From Pelagibacteraceae bacterium (GTDB taxonomy: Bacteria > Pseudomonadota > Alphaproteobacteria > Pelagibacterales > Pelagibacteraceae), in assembly GCA_009693705.1 (NCBI GenBank), contig SHWS01000001.1:4067-68066 (forward strand): a stretch of 64,000 nt of DNA, read 5' to 3'. Below are positions 50,252 through 61,089 of this stretch, in pieces. How positions within the stretch are numbered: the stretch's first letter is position 1; every line of letters starts with the position of its first letter. The translations under genes and the position numbers were made by a program. The notes under the pieces are model-generated. The model had not been told where the DNA came from. It ran no database searches and saw only the letters and a list, made by a program, of their open reading frames with translations.

Positions 50252-51715
50252 ATGGCAATAAATTTTAAAACACCAGAAATAAAAGAATTACATCCACGAC
50301 TATTAGTTTTAGGAGTAGGAGGAGCAGGCGGGAATGCAATTAATGAAATGATCGAAAAAAATCTACAAGGAGTAGAGTTTATTGCAGTAAATACTGATGC
50401 ACAGGACTTAAAATTAAGTAAAGCTAAAACAAGAATTCAAATTGGTCTAAATTTAACTAAAGGATTAGGTGCAGGAGCAAAAATTGATATTGGTCAAGCT
50501 GCTGCTGATGAATCTTTAAACGATATAATTAACACATTGCAAGGTTCTAATATGATTTTTATTGCAGCTGGAATGGGTGGAGGCACTGGTACAGGCGCTT
50601 CACATGTTATTGCTAGAGCCGCAAAAGAATTAAATATTTTAACAGTTGGAGTTGTTACTCTTCCTTTTTTATATGAAGGTCCTACTAGAATGAGAAGAGC
50701 ACAACAGGGTTTGGAAGAATTAAGAAAGCATGTTGATACAATTATTGTAATTCCAAATCAAAATTTATTTAAAATTGCAAATGAACAAACTACTTTTGAG
50801 GACTCTTTTAATCTTTCAAACAATGTATTGTTGCAAGGCGTTCAAAGTATAACTGATTTAATGGTAAGACCAGGATTGATTAATTTAGATTTTGCTGATG
50901 TAGAAACAGTAATGGCTTCTATGGGTAAAGCGATGATGGGAACCGGAGAAGCTGAAGGCGAAGGTAGAGCTTTAAAGGCTGCCGATATGGCTATCAATAA
51001 TCCTTTAATTGACGATTATACTTTAAAAGGAGCCAAAGGATTACTAGTAAATATTACAGGCGGCAAAGATCTGACACTTTTTGAGGTAAATGAAGCGGTA
51101 AATAAAGTTAGAGCCGAAGTAGATCCTGACGCAGAAATTATAATTGGCGCAATTAATGATAGTGAACTTAACGGTAAAATGAGAGTTTCAATTGTTGCTA
51201 CTTCTTTAGATGGCCAACATCCAGAGTCTAAATCTATAATTAACATGGTTCATCGTATACAAAATCGAAACCCAGGTTATTCAGATTTTTCAAAAATTGG
51301 ATCAACAGTTCCGTTTAATTTTTCGAACACAATGTCAAGACCAATTTCTCACGGCGCAAATGCCTTAAAGATCGATGATGAAATTGCTCAAGAACAGGTC
51401 ATTAAAAATTTTTCTATGGATGAAATTAATGAAAATAAATCACAAAACACAACAACTGACACAGGAAGCATCTTAGATCATACTTCAATTAATGAGCATG
51501 AAAGATCATTTACTCGAGAAGCAATAGATTCATTGAATATTCAAAATAATATTTCAAACGATTTAAAAGAATTTGGAGTTGATAAAGACGCTCCTGATTT
51601 ATTTAACTCAGATAACGAAAATTCAAATTCTTCAGGATTCTTATCGAACGAAGATAATCAAGACGAAGAAGATGATCTTGAAATCCCAGCATTTTTAAGA
51701 AGACAAAAAAATTAA
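50252..51715 (+). CDS. ftsZ: Cell division protein FtsZ
   Basis: [30 protein letters not shown], long linker, C-terminal [11 protein letters not shown]. Confidence 0.99.
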   Translation: MAINFKTPEIKELHPRLLVLGVGGAGGNAINEMIEKNLQGVEFIAVNTDAQDLKLSKAKTRIQIGLNLTKGLGAGAKIDIGQAAADESLNDIINTLQGSNMIFIAAGMGGGTGTGASHVIARAAKELNILTVGVVTLPFLYEGPTRMRRAQQGLEELRKHVDTIIVIPNQNLFKIANEQTTFEDSFNLSNNVLLQGVQSITDLMVRPGLINLDFADVETVMASMGKAMMGTGEAEGEGRALKAADMAINNPLIDDYTLKGAKGLLVNITGGKDLTLFEVNEAVNKVRAEVDPDAEIIIGAINDSELNGKMRVSIVATSLDGQHPESKSIINMVHRIQNRNPGYSDFSKIGSTVPFNFSNTMSRPISHGANALKIDDEIAQEQVIKNFSMDEINENKSQNTTTDTGSILDHTSINEHERSFTREAIDSLNIQNNISNDLKEFGVDKDAPDLFNSDNENSNSSGFLSNEDNQDEEDDLEIPAFLRRQKN

Positions 51716-51733
51716 TGGTCTTTGAAAAAATAA

Positions 51734-52744
51734 ATGGAAGCCACCATAGAACTGGATGCAAAAAAACATTATCCAGTTCTACTAAAAGAAGTTATTAGTA
51801 TTATATCCCCTCAATATGGTGGCACATTTATAGATTGTACATTTGGTCAAGGTGGATATACAAAAAAATTATTAGAATTTGAAAATACAAAAGTAATTGC
51901 TCTTGATAGAGATATTGAGAGTAAAACTAAAGCAGAAAAATTTTTAATTGAGTATCAAGATAGATTTATTTTTAAAAATTTAAAATTTAGTCAATTAAAT
52001 AATCTCAAATTAAAAAATGAAAATATTAAAGCAATAGTTTTTGACCTTGGATATTCATACTCACAAATAAAAGATCCAAAAAAAGGTTTGTCATTTGAAT
52101 CTGAAGGCAATCTTAATATGCGGATGGGATTAAATAGTTTTTCTGCTGATGATGTTATTAATAAACTTGAAGAAAATGAATTAGAAAAAATTTTTAAATT
52201 TTTTGGTGAAGAAAAAGAGAGTAAAAAAATAGTAAGATATATTATAAATGAAAGATTAAAAAAGAAAATCGACACCCAAACTTTAGTTGAATTAATTGAA
52301 AGATCAAAAAGAAAAAAAAATTTTAAAATACATAGTGCAACTAAAGTTTTTCAAGCATTAAGAATATTTGTAAATAAAGAAATTAGTGAATTAATTAATG
52401 GTTTAATTAATGCCACAAAAGTACTTCAGAAAGATGGTATTCTTTTGGTTGTAACATTTCATTCGCTAGAAGATAAAATAGTAAAATATTTTTTTAAAAG
52501 TCTTGCAGAAAATAAAAGTATTTCAAGATATGTTCCCAAAACCGAGCAACCAGATATTTTATTTAAATTAATTCAAAAAAAACCAATTATTCCATCTAAG
52601 GAAGAAATCAGAGAAAATCCACCATCAAGGTCTGCAAAACTTAGATATGTTTTAAAGAAGAAAGATTTTTATGAATTTGAAACTGATATTTTTGAAAAAT
52701 TTAAAAATCTCTTAAACATTGAAAGTTTCGGCAATAAATTATGA
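51734..52744 (+). CDS. rsmH: 16S rRNA m4C1402 methyltransferase
   Basis: [42 protein letters not shown]. Confidence 0.97.
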   Translation: MEATIELDAKKHYPVLLKEVISIISPQYGGTFIDCTFGQGGYTKKLLEFENTKVIALDRDIESKTKAEKFLIEYQDRFIFKNLKFSQLNNLKLKNENIKAIVFDLGYSYSQIKDPKKGLSFESEGNLNMRMGLNSFSADDVINKLEENELEKIFKFFGEEKESKKIVRYIINERLKKKIDTQTLVELIERSKRKKNFKIHSATKVFQALRIFVNKEISELINGLINATKVLQKDGILLVVTFHSLEDKIVKYFFKSLAENKSISRYVPKTEQPDILFKLIQKKPIIPSKEEIRENPPSRSAKLRYVLKKKDFYEFETDIFEKFKNLLNIESFGNKL

Positions 52745-53046
52745 AAAGGTTTATATTAACATTAATAATTTTTTTTTTAATTTTATCAACATCACTTATT
52801 AAAAATACTACTAAAAAAATTGAGGATGAAATTTATAATATAAAAGAAAATTTAAGAAGTTTAAACTCTCAATTAGAAGAAGTTTTTTTTGAATATATTT
52901 ATCTTAGTTCATCAGAAAAATTATTAGAATTTCAATTACTCTATTTTGAAGATCAATTAATTCCAAAAGATATTAGTGAGATAAAACTAATAACAACCAA
53001 GCATGACGCAAACACAATAGAAGATTTAAACATAACAAAAAACTAA
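52741..53046 (+). CDS. ftsL: Cell division protein FtsL-like
   Basis: Short TM plus coiled coil; sits between rsmH and ftsI. Confidence 0.7.
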   Translation: MKRFILTLIIFFLILSTSLIKNTTKKIEDEIYNIKENLRSLNSQLEEVFFEYIYLSSSEKLLEFQLLYFEDQLIPKDISEIKLITTKHDANTIEDLNITKN

Positions 53047-53053
53047 GTAAAAA

Positions 53054-54739
53054 ATGAATTCAAGAATTATTTCAGAAAATAATAAAAATGATTTTTCTTC
53101 TAAAAAAATTAAATCAAATACTAGTGTTCAATTTAATAGAATAGCATTTATTTTCTTTTTTTTTTTTGTTATTTATTTAATTTATACTATTCATCTCATT
53201 CATTTAGGTTTAAGAAAATCTAACAATAAACCAATAAATAATTTTAATTCGATATCTACAAAATTTCAAAGAGCAGATATAATCGATGTTAATGGCAATT
53301 ATCTAGCAAAAACAGTTAGTTCTATTGATGTTGGTATTAAGCCAGTAGACATAATTGATAAAAAAAAATTGATTTTAAGTCTAAAGTATATTTTTCCAAA
53401 CAAAGATTTTGTTGAGATTGAAAAAAGAATTGAAAAAAACAAATTCTTTAAGTTTGAAAGAAGAATTTCACCAGATAACTATGAAAAAATAATGAAATTA
53501 GGAGACAAATCTATCGTATCAGAGGAAAATGTTATTAGGCTTTATCCGCAAAAAAATTTGTTCAGCCACATAATAGGTCAAATTGATGATGGAAATAGAG
53601 GAATTTCTGGACTTGAAAAATCTTTAAATCAAAGATTAAAAGACTCTAACGATCCAATTCGTTTAACTGTTGATAAAGAAATACAATTTTTAATTCGGAG
53701 TGAATTAGTTAGGTATCAAGAAATTTTCAAAAATAAAGGTGCTGCAGCATTGTTAATGAATGTTAATAATGGTGATATAATTTCTTTATTATCATTGCCT
53801 GACTTTGATCCAAATCTTAGACAAAATATTACAGATGTAAATTATATCAATAAAGTTACTAAAGGAACATATGAGTTGGGTTCAGTATTTAAATCTTTCA
53901 CTTATGCAGCAGCATTAAATGAAGACTTGATTAAACCAGAAACTGAGTTTTTAGATCTTCCAAAAACAATCTATTGTGGCAGATTTCCAATATCGGAATA
54001 TGATGAAAAAATGCCTTCTGACTTAACTGCAGAAAAAATTTTAATAAGATCTGGTAATATAGGATCTGTAAGAATTGCAGAAAAAATTGGTCCTAAAAAA
54101 TTTAAATTATTTTTAGAAAAAATTGGTGTCCTTGGTCAAATAAATTTTGATATTGAAGAGATCGCTCTTCAGAAAAATCTTGAATTTGACAGATGTAGAC
54201 TTGAAACAGCAGCATACGGCCATGGCATAACCACAACCATCTTACAGTTGGCTAAAGGATATTCGATTTTATCAAATGGTGGATTTGATATTGAACCAAA
54301 ATTAATTAAGAGAAAAAAAAATAATGAAAAAAAAATCCAAATTCTAAATGTTGGAGTTTCAGAAAAGGTAGTTTCAGCTTTAAGAAAAATTGTTAATACA
54401 GAAGAAGGTACCGCAAATCTTGCGGATGTAAATGGATATGAAATTGCTGGTAAAACGGGTACAGCTCAACAGCCAATTGGGGGAGAATATTCGAGTGCAA
54501 AAATAAATACATTTGTCTCAGTATTCCCATCATCAAAGCCTGAGTACGTTTTTATTGTAATGTTAGAAACTCCTAAAATTGCCAGTGATTATGTTTATAC
54601 ACTTAGAAATAACAAAGGAACTATAAAAGGTACGCCTCGTAATACAGCAGGCTGGACTGCGGTTGAGGTTGCCGGAAAAACTATTGAAAAAATTGGGCCT
54701 ATTTTAGCCACAAAATCCTTAGAAGTTGAAGAAAAATGA
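53054..54739 (+). CDS. ftsI: Septal transpeptidase PBP3
   Basis: RADI.D.NG; SxxK (GSVFK), SxN (SGN), KTG motifs. Confidence 0.93.
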   Translation: MNSRIISENNKNDFSSKKIKSNTSVQFNRIAFIFFFFFVIYLIYTIHLIHLGLRKSNNKPINNFNSISTKFQRADIIDVNGNYLAKTVSSIDVGIKPVDIIDKKKLILSLKYIFPNKDFVEIEKRIEKNKFFKFERRISPDNYEKIMKLGDKSIVSEENVIRLYPQKNLFSHIIGQIDDGNRGISGLEKSLNQRLKDSNDPIRLTVDKEIQFLIRSELVRYQEIFKNKGAAALLMNVNNGDIISLLSLPDFDPNLRQNITDVNYINKVTKGTYELGSVFKSFTYAAALNEDLIKPETEFLDLPKTIYCGRFPISEYDEKMPSDLTAEKILIRSGNIGSVRIAEKIGPKKFKLFLEKIGVLGQINFDIEEIALQKNLEFDRCRLETAAYGHGITTTILQLAKGYSILSNGGFDIEPKLIKRKKNNEKKIQILNVGVSEKVVSALRKIVNTEEGTANLADVNGYEIAGKTGTAQQPIGGEYSSAKINTFVSVFPSSKPEYVFIVMLETPKIASDYVYTLRNNKGTIKGTPRNTAGWTAVEVAGKTIEKIGPILATKSLEVEEK

Positions 54740-57579
54740 TTTTGAAAGATTACTTCAGCAATATTAAAAAAAATTATCAAAACTTTTTTTTTTCAAATAT
54801 TGCATTAAATAGTTCAGAAATAAAAAAAAATTACATTTTTTTTGCTATAAAAGGCAATCAATCAGATGGAAATAAATTCATCAATCAGGCCATAAAAAAA
54901 GGTGCAAAAATAATAATCTCAGAAATTAAATTTACTGGAATTAAAAATGGAATTTTATTTTTAAATTCTAAGAATATTAGAAAGTTATTAGCAGAGACTT
55001 CATATAAAATTTATAACAAAGTTCCAAAAACATTAATTGCAGTGACCGGAACCAATGGTAAGTCATCAATAGCAGATTTTTATTATCAGATATTAAAACT
55101 AAATAAAAAGAAAGTTGCTTCAATTGGTACTTTGGGTCTTAAAACTAATAATTATAAAAAAAATCTTTTAAATACTACGATAGATTCAATTCAACTAGCT
55201 AAAATTTTAAGTAATTTAACAAAAAAAAATATTAATCATGTTATTTTAGAAGCATCGAGTCATGGATTAAAGCAAAATAGGTTAGATGGTTTATTATTTG
55301 ATGTTGGTATTTTTACTAATTTATCTCATGATCATTTAGATTATCATAAAAATTTAAATTCTTACTTAAATGCAAAATTATATTTGTTTAAAAAACTTAT
55401 AAAAAAAAATGGAATTATTATTTCAGATGAAAATATTCCAGAATATAAAAAAATAAAAAAAATTTCTGTTAAAAAAAAATTAAAATTATACTCAATATTA
55501 AATAATCAAAATAATTTTGAACTAATGTCACATCAATTCCAAGATGAAAGTCAAATATTAAATATCAGATTAGGTAAAAATATTTATAAATTGGTATTAA
55601 ATCTAATTGGAAAAATTCAACTTAAAAATATTTTAATGGCTATAATGGCCGCTTCTAAAACGGGTATAAATATCAAAAAAATATTAAAAATCATTCCGAA
55701 AATTAAATCTGTTAATGGAAGATTAGAAAAAATTGGAAAAATTAAAAATAATTCTAAGGTTATCTTAGATTACGCTCATACTCCAGATGCACTGATGATT
55801 TGTTTAAAAAATTTGAGAGAACAATTTCCTAATAAAAAAATCTCTGTTTTATTTGGATGTGGAGGAAATAGAGATCAAAGAAAAAGAGCAAAAATGGGTA
55901 AAATTGCAGATATTTATTCTGATCAAATTTATTTAACCGATGATAATCCTAGATTTGAAAGTCCTAGCAAAATAAGAAGTGATATTAAAAAAGGCATAAA
56001 AAAACAAAACCCAGTTGAAATTTCAAGTAGAGAAAAAGCGATTTTAAGTGCAATAAACGATTTAAATACAGGAGATATACTTTTAGTGGCTGGTAAGGGA
56101 CATGAAAAAATACAAGATTTTGGAAATAAAAAAATTCTTTTCTCTGACAAGAAAATAATTATTAAGGCTATTAAGATCAAAAATTTCTCTTTATCAAAAA
56201 ATTTAAAATTAAATATCATTAAAGAGTTATCAAAAAATAAAAATTTAAATTCAAATTTAGTTATTAGAAATTGCTCTATAGATTCAAGGGTAGTTAAAAA
56301 AAATGATATCTTCTTTGCAATAAAAGGAAAAAAAAATGATGGAAACAAATATATTGATCAAGCTTTTAAGAACGAGGCCTCACTCGCTATAGTAAATAAT
56401 CTAAATAAAAAATATAATCTTTCTAAACAAATTAAAGTCACAAAAACTTTAGATTTTTTAACTGAAAGTTCAAAAATATATAGAGAGAATTTAAATGCTA
56501 AAATTATTACTATTACAGGAAGTTGTGGCAAAACAACCCTTAAGGATCTTTTGGCCCATACATTAAAAAAATTATTTAAAGTAAGTTTTTCGCCAAAATC
56601 ATACAACAACAAATATGGAGTACCATTAAGTTTATTTAACTTGAATCAAAAAGATGATTTTGGAATTCTAGAGGTTGGAATGGATAAGAAAGGTGAGATT
56701 GATTACTTATCAAATATTATTAAGCCTGACTTGGGTGTAATCACAAATATTAATTATGCACATGCAAAAAATTTTAAAAATATAAAGCAAATAGCTTTAG
56801 CCAAGTCAGAAATTATCAAAAATATTAAAGATAACGGCTATATTGTCTTAAATGCAGATGATAATTTTTATAACCTTCACAAAAAAATCGCATTAAGTAA
56901 AAAACTTCATATTTTCTCGTTTGGGATTAACAACAAACAATCTGAAACTAAACTTTTAAATATAAAAAAACTTGGAAAAAAATTTATAGCAAAGATTAAA
57001 ATTAATAATCTTATAAACTATTTTTACCTGCCTAACAATTTTGAAAGTAATATTTTAAATTTTTTAGCAGCAATTACGGTAATGAATATATTTTTCGACG
57101 TATCCAAGTTAAATAAAAATATTTTTTTTGATTTTAAAGTTCCCAATGGTAGAGGGGACATTTCTAAAATTAAGATTAATAATAAAAAAATCTTCTTAGT
57201 AGACGAAAGTTACAATTCGAATCCATTATCATTAAAATCGGCCATTATAAATTTCGATAAATTAAATTCAGGGAATTCTAGAAAGTATTTAATTCTTGGT
57301 GATATGTTGGAATTAGGTAAATATTCTTTGATGCACCACAAAACTATAGCAAAAATAATTAATAGTTCAAAAATTCATAAGACCTATATTATAGGTAAAA
57401 AAGTTATTTTTACTTTTGACAAAATTTCAAAACATCAAAAAGGTGGAATTTTGACCAACACATCAGAAATAATTGATTTAATTAAAAACGTTTTAAAAAA
57501 AAATGATTATTTAATGATTAAAGGTTCCAATTCTACCGGATTGCACAAATTTACAAATAATTTAAAAGGTTTAAAATAA
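54736..57579 (+). CDS. murE-murF: Bifunctional MurE-MurF fusion ligase
   Basis: MurE part: GTNGKSS, EASSHG, DYAHTP, DNPR, GKGHE. MurF part: SIDSR, GSCGKTT, DESYNSNP, GDMLELG, KGS. One uninterrupted 947-codon ORF. Confidence 0.95.
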   Translation: MILKDYFSNIKKNYQNFFFSNIALNSSEIKKNYIFFAIKGNQSDGNKFINQAIKKGAKIIISEIKFTGIKNGILFLNSKNIRKLLAETSYKIYNKVPKTLIAVTGTNGKSSIADFYYQILKLNKKKVASIGTLGLKTNNYKKNLLNTTIDSIQLAKILSNLTKKNINHVILEASSHGLKQNRLDGLLFDVGIFTNLSHDHLDYHKNLNSYLNAKLYLFKKLIKKNGIIISDENIPEYKKIKKISVKKKLKLYSILNNQNNFELMSHQFQDESQILNIRLGKNIYKLVLNLIGKIQLKNILMAIMAASKTGINIKKILKIIPKIKSVNGRLEKIGKIKNNSKVILDYAHTPDALMICLKNLREQFPNKKISVLFGCGGNRDQRKRAKMGKIADIYSDQIYLTDDNPRFESPSKIRSDIKKGIKKQNPVEISSREKAILSAINDLNTGDILLVAGKGHEKIQDFGNKKILFSDKKIIIKAIKIKNFSLSKNLKLNIIKELSKNKNLNSNLVIRNCSIDSRVVKKNDIFFAIKGKKNDGNKYIDQAFKNEASLAIVNNLNKKYNLSKQIKVTKTLDFLTESSKIYRENLNAKIITITGSCGKTTLKDLLAHTLKKLFKVSFSPKSYNNKYGVPLSLFNLNQKDDFGILEVGMDKKGEIDYLSNIIKPDLGVITNINYAHAKNFKNIKQIALAKSEIIKNIKDNGYIVLNADDNFYNLHKKIALSKKLHIFSFGINNKQSETKLLNIKKLGKKFIAKIKINNLINYFYLPNNFESNILNFLAAITVMNIFFDVSKLNKNIFFDFKVPNGRGDISKIKINNKKIFLVDESYNSNPLSLKSAIINFDKLNSGNSRKYLILGDMLELGKYSLMHHKTIAKIINSSKIHKTYIIGKKVIFTFDKISKHQKGGILTNTSEIIDLIKNVLKKNDYLMIKGSNSTGLHKFTNNLKGLK

Positions 57580-57580
57580 A

Positions 57581-58666
57581 ATGTTATACGAATTTTTAAT
57601 AAATTATGTTGAAAAATATTCATTTCTTAATGTTTTTAGATACATAACTTTTCGAACTGGACTATCAATATTTACCTCCCTAATTGTAGTTCTTGTTATA
57701 GGAAATCCATTTATCAAATATTTTTCAAAAAGAAAAATTTTAAATCCAATTAGAGACGATGGTCCAAGTGAACATATTGTAAAAAAAATTGGAACCCCAA
57801 CAATGGGAGGTGTGATTATTTTAATCGGATTATTATCTTCAGTTTTTCTCTGGGGAGATTTGTCAAACATTTATGTTTTATTTTGCATTTATATTGCTAT
57901 TTCACTTGGCTTGCTCGGAGCATTAGATGACTATAAAAAAATCAAAGATAATCACTCATCAGGAATCTCTTTTAGATCTAAAATATTGTCTCAAATTTTT
58001 ATTGCAACTATTGGGATTATCCTATTCACATATTATGTTGACAATAAAGAAATAACTAATTTATATTTTCCATTTTTCAAAAATCTGGTTTTAAATTTAG
58101 GATGGTTTTTTATTCCGTTTTCAGTATTTATAATTGTAGGATCATCCAATGCTGTAAATTTAACAGATGGATTAGATGGTTTAGCAACTGTTCCTATAAT
58201 TTTAGTTGCAGGATGTTTCGCTTTTATAAGTTACTTATCTGGAAATATAATTTTTTCAAATTATTTGAATATACCGTTTATTTCAGGTTCTGGAGAAATT
58301 TCAATTTTTTGTGGCGCTATGATAGGATCATGTTTAGGTTTTCTATGGTTTAATGCACCTCCAGCAAAAATATTTATGGGAGACACAGGTTCGCTTTCTC
58401 TAGGTGGTTCCTTGGGCGTTATTGGAGTAGTAACAAAACATGAAATTGTTTTGGCTATTACAGGAGGTTTATTTGTTCTAGAAGCAATATCGGTAATATT
58501 GCAAGTAATTTCATTTAAATTAACTGGTAAACGAATTTTCAGAATGGCACCTATCCATCATCATTATGAGAAAAAAGGGTGGCAAGAATCAACTATAGTA
58601 ATTAGATTTTGGATCATTTCAATTCTTTTAGCAATTATAGGTTTAGCTACTTTAAAATTAAGATAA
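57581..58666 (+). CDS. mraY: Phospho-N-acetylmuramoyl-pentapeptide transferase
   Basis: TPTMGG, DDY.K, NAVNLTDGLDGLA, FMGDTGS, MAPIHHHYE. Confidence 0.98.
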   Translation: MLYEFLINYVEKYSFLNVFRYITFRTGLSIFTSLIVVLVIGNPFIKYFSKRKILNPIRDDGPSEHIVKKIGTPTMGGVIILIGLLSSVFLWGDLSNIYVLFCIYIAISLGLLGALDDYKKIKDNHSSGISFRSKILSQIFIATIGIILFTYYVDNKEITNLYFPFFKNLVLNLGWFFIPFSVFIIVGSSNAVNLTDGLDGLATVPIILVAGCFAFISYLSGNIIFSNYLNIPFISGSGEISIFCGAMIGSCLGFLWFNAPPAKIFMGDTGSLSLGGSLGVIGVVTKHEIVLAITGGLFVLEAISVILQVISFKLTGKRIFRMAPIHHHYEKKGWQESTIVIRFWIISILLAIIGLATLKLR

Positions 58667-59973
58667 TGGAAAAAAATGAGAATTTTTTTTTAAAAAAAAA
58701 AATATTAATTTATGGCCTAGGCAAAACTGGCGTAGAAACTTTTAATTTTTTAAAAAAAAAAGCTGACGTATATGGATTTGATGATGCGATCATTAAACCA
58801 AAAAACTTAATCTTAAAAAAAAAAATTCTAAATCTAAAAAAATTATCAAAAATTAAATTTGATAGAATTATAATTAGCCCAGGAATTAATATTAATAATT
58901 GTAAACTATCATCAATATTAAAGAAAAATTTTTTAAATATTTATTCAGATTTAGACATTTTTTATTGTTTCTTCAAAAACAAAAGTTTCACTATCACTGG
59001 AACCAATGGAAAATCAACTACCTCAAAAATACTTCATGAGGTTCTTTTGGACCAAAAATATGACTCAAGGTTAGTTGGAAACATAGGAAATCCTATTTTA
59101 TCTGAAAGAAAAATAACAAATAAAACAGTTTTTGTAATTGAGGCTTCATCATATCAATTAGATTATAGTAAAATATTCAAATCAAAATTTGCAATTATAT
59201 TAAATATTTCTCCAGATCATCTGGAGCGTCACAAGACTTTAAATAATTACGTTAATGCAAAGTTTAAATTAATAAAATCACAATCAGCTAACTCAATAGC
59301 ATTTGTAAAAAAAAATGATCAACAAATAATTAAAAAAATAGAAAGTAATAATTTTAAATCAAAAATTGTAAGAGTTGATACTTCGAATGTGTTAAAAATT
59401 TTAAAAAAAATAAAAAATAGGTATTTTTTATCAATTGGAAATCAAGAAAATCTTTCTTTTGTTTTAAAAATATCAAAATTTTTAAAATTAAATGAAAAAA
59501 AATTATACAAAACATTAAATAAATTTAAAGGTTTGAAATATCGGCAAGAAACTATTTTTAAAAGTGAAAAATTAATAATTATTAATGACTCAAAATCTAC
59601 AAGTTTTGCTTCATCTGAAAATTTATTAAAAACATTAAACAATGTTTATTGGATAGTAGGTGGTATTCCTAAAAAAGGAGATAAATTCACACTTTTTGAA
59701 AAAGATTGTAAAGACATAAAAGTATATATTTTTGGTAAATATTTTAAAATCTTTAATAAAAGACTTAAAAATAAACTAATTATAAAAAACTATAAAGATT
59801 TAAAAGCTACTCTAAAAAACATTTTTTTAGATATTAAAAAAGAAAAAAACAATTTAATTAAAACAATTTTTTTTAGTCCATGCGGAGCCTCGTTTGATAC
59901 TTTTAAAAACTTTGAAGAACGTGGATTATATTTTAATCAATTAGTAAAAAAATTTATTAATGCAAACAAGTAA
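58666..59973 (+). CDS. murD: UDP-N-acetylmuramoyl-L-alanine--D-glutamate ligase
   Basis: GLGKTG, SPGI, TGTNGKSTT, EASSYQL, DHLERH, NDSKST, SP...SFD.F..FEERG. Start refined to 58666. Confidence 0.96.
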   Translation: MEKNENFFLKKKILIYGLGKTGVETFNFLKKKADVYGFDDAIIKPKNLILKKKILNLKKLSKIKFDRIIISPGININNCKLSSILKKNFLNIYSDLDIFYCFFKNKSFTITGTNGKSTTSKILHEVLLDQKYDSRLVGNIGNPILSERKITNKTVFVIEASSYQLDYSKIFKSKFAIILNISPDHLERHKTLNNYVNAKFKLIKSQSANSIAFVKKNDQQIIKKIESNNFKSKIVRVDTSNVLKILKKIKNRYFLSIGNQENLSFVLKISKFLKLNEKKLYKTLNKFKGLKYRQETIFKSEKLIIINDSKSTSFASSENLLKTLNNVYWIVGGIPKKGDKFTLFEKDCKDIKVYIFGKYFKIFNKRLKNKLIIKNYKDLKATLKNIFLDIKKEKNNLIKTIFFSPCGASFDTFKNFEERGLYFNQLVKKFINANK

Positions 59974-61087
59974 TTCAATTTATAAACTATATTATCAATG
60001 GTGGAAAAATATTGATAAACCAATTTTCTATCTAATTAGCTTGCTATTTGCCATGGGTTTATTTTTTTCTTTAGTTTCTACATCTTTAATAGCTTCAGAC
60101 AAATTAGATACCAATAGTTATTTCTTTTTTTTCAAACATTTCATTTTTATATGTATTGGAATGTTTATTGTTTTTTTTTCTTCTTTTATTAGTTTGGAAA
60201 AACTATTTTTTTTTTCTACGATTATTTTTTTTATTTTACTAATTTCATTATTCTTAGTTCCAATAATTGGTATTGAAGTGAAAGGTTCAAAAAGATGGAT
60301 AGATTTATTTATATTGCCGAGATTTCAGCCTAGTGAAATATTAAAACCCTTTTTTATAGTAATAATTGCAACCATTCTTAGCAATGAAAAAAATCCAAAT
60401 GCATTTATAAAATATTCCTTATCATCTATTCTGGTTTTAATAATTTCTTTTTTATTAGTAATCCAGCCAGATATTGGACAAACATTGTTAGTATTATTTT
60501 CTTGGTCAGTTTTAATTTTTATTTCAGGTGTAAATCTATTTATTATTTTTAGTTTTTTTTTATTGGTTATATTTTTTTTGTCTTATTTGATTATATATGT
60601 TCCAAGGTTTTCATATGTTCAGGGAAGAATACTATCTTTTTTTGATAGGGATACTGGAACCTATAATTTTCAATCTGAAAAATCAATCGAGTCAATTGTT
60701 AGTGGAGGTTTTTTAGGAAAAGGGATTGGTGAAGGAACATTAAAAAGTAAAGTACCGGAAGCTCATACAGATTATATTATTTCTGTGATTTCCGAGGAAT
60801 TTGGAGTGATTGCTATTATATTAATTTTATTATTATTTCTTATTTTTATTTATACGATATTCAAAAAAACTTATTTTGAAAATAATCAAAAAAAAAAATT
60901 AATCTTAGTTGGTTGTGCAAGCTTAATTTTAATGCAAGCAACTATTCACATAGGTGTCAACATAAGACTTTTTCCAACTACCGGAATGACCTTACCATTT
61001 CTAAGTTACGGAGGATCATCAATTATAAGTATATCTTTTTTATCTGGAATAATTTTAAATTTAACAAGAAGACGAATAAACCATTAG
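59960..61087 (+). CDS. ftsW: SEDS family septal glycosyltransferase
   Basis: GSKRWI, QPSEI.K, QPD.G, PEAHTDY, GMTLPFLSYGGSS. Confidence 0.96.
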   Translation: MQTSNSIYKLYYQWWKNIDKPIFYLISLLFAMGLFFSLVSTSLIASDKLDTNSYFFFFKHFIFICIGMFIVFFSSFISLEKLFFFSTIIFFILLISLFLVPIIGIEVKGSKRWIDLFILPRFQPSEILKPFFIVIIATILSNEKNPNAFIKYSLSSILVLIISFLLVIQPDIGQTLLVLFSWSVLIFISGVNLFIIFSFFLLVIFFLSYLIIYVPRFSYVQGRILSFFDRDTGTYNFQSEKSIESIVSGGFLGKGIGEGTLKSKVPEAHTDYIISVISEEFGVIAIILILLLFLIFIYTIFKKTYFENNQKKKLILVGCASLILMQATIHIGVNIRLFPTTGMTLPFLSYGGSSIISISFLSGIILNLTRRRINH

Positions 61088-61089
61088 CT

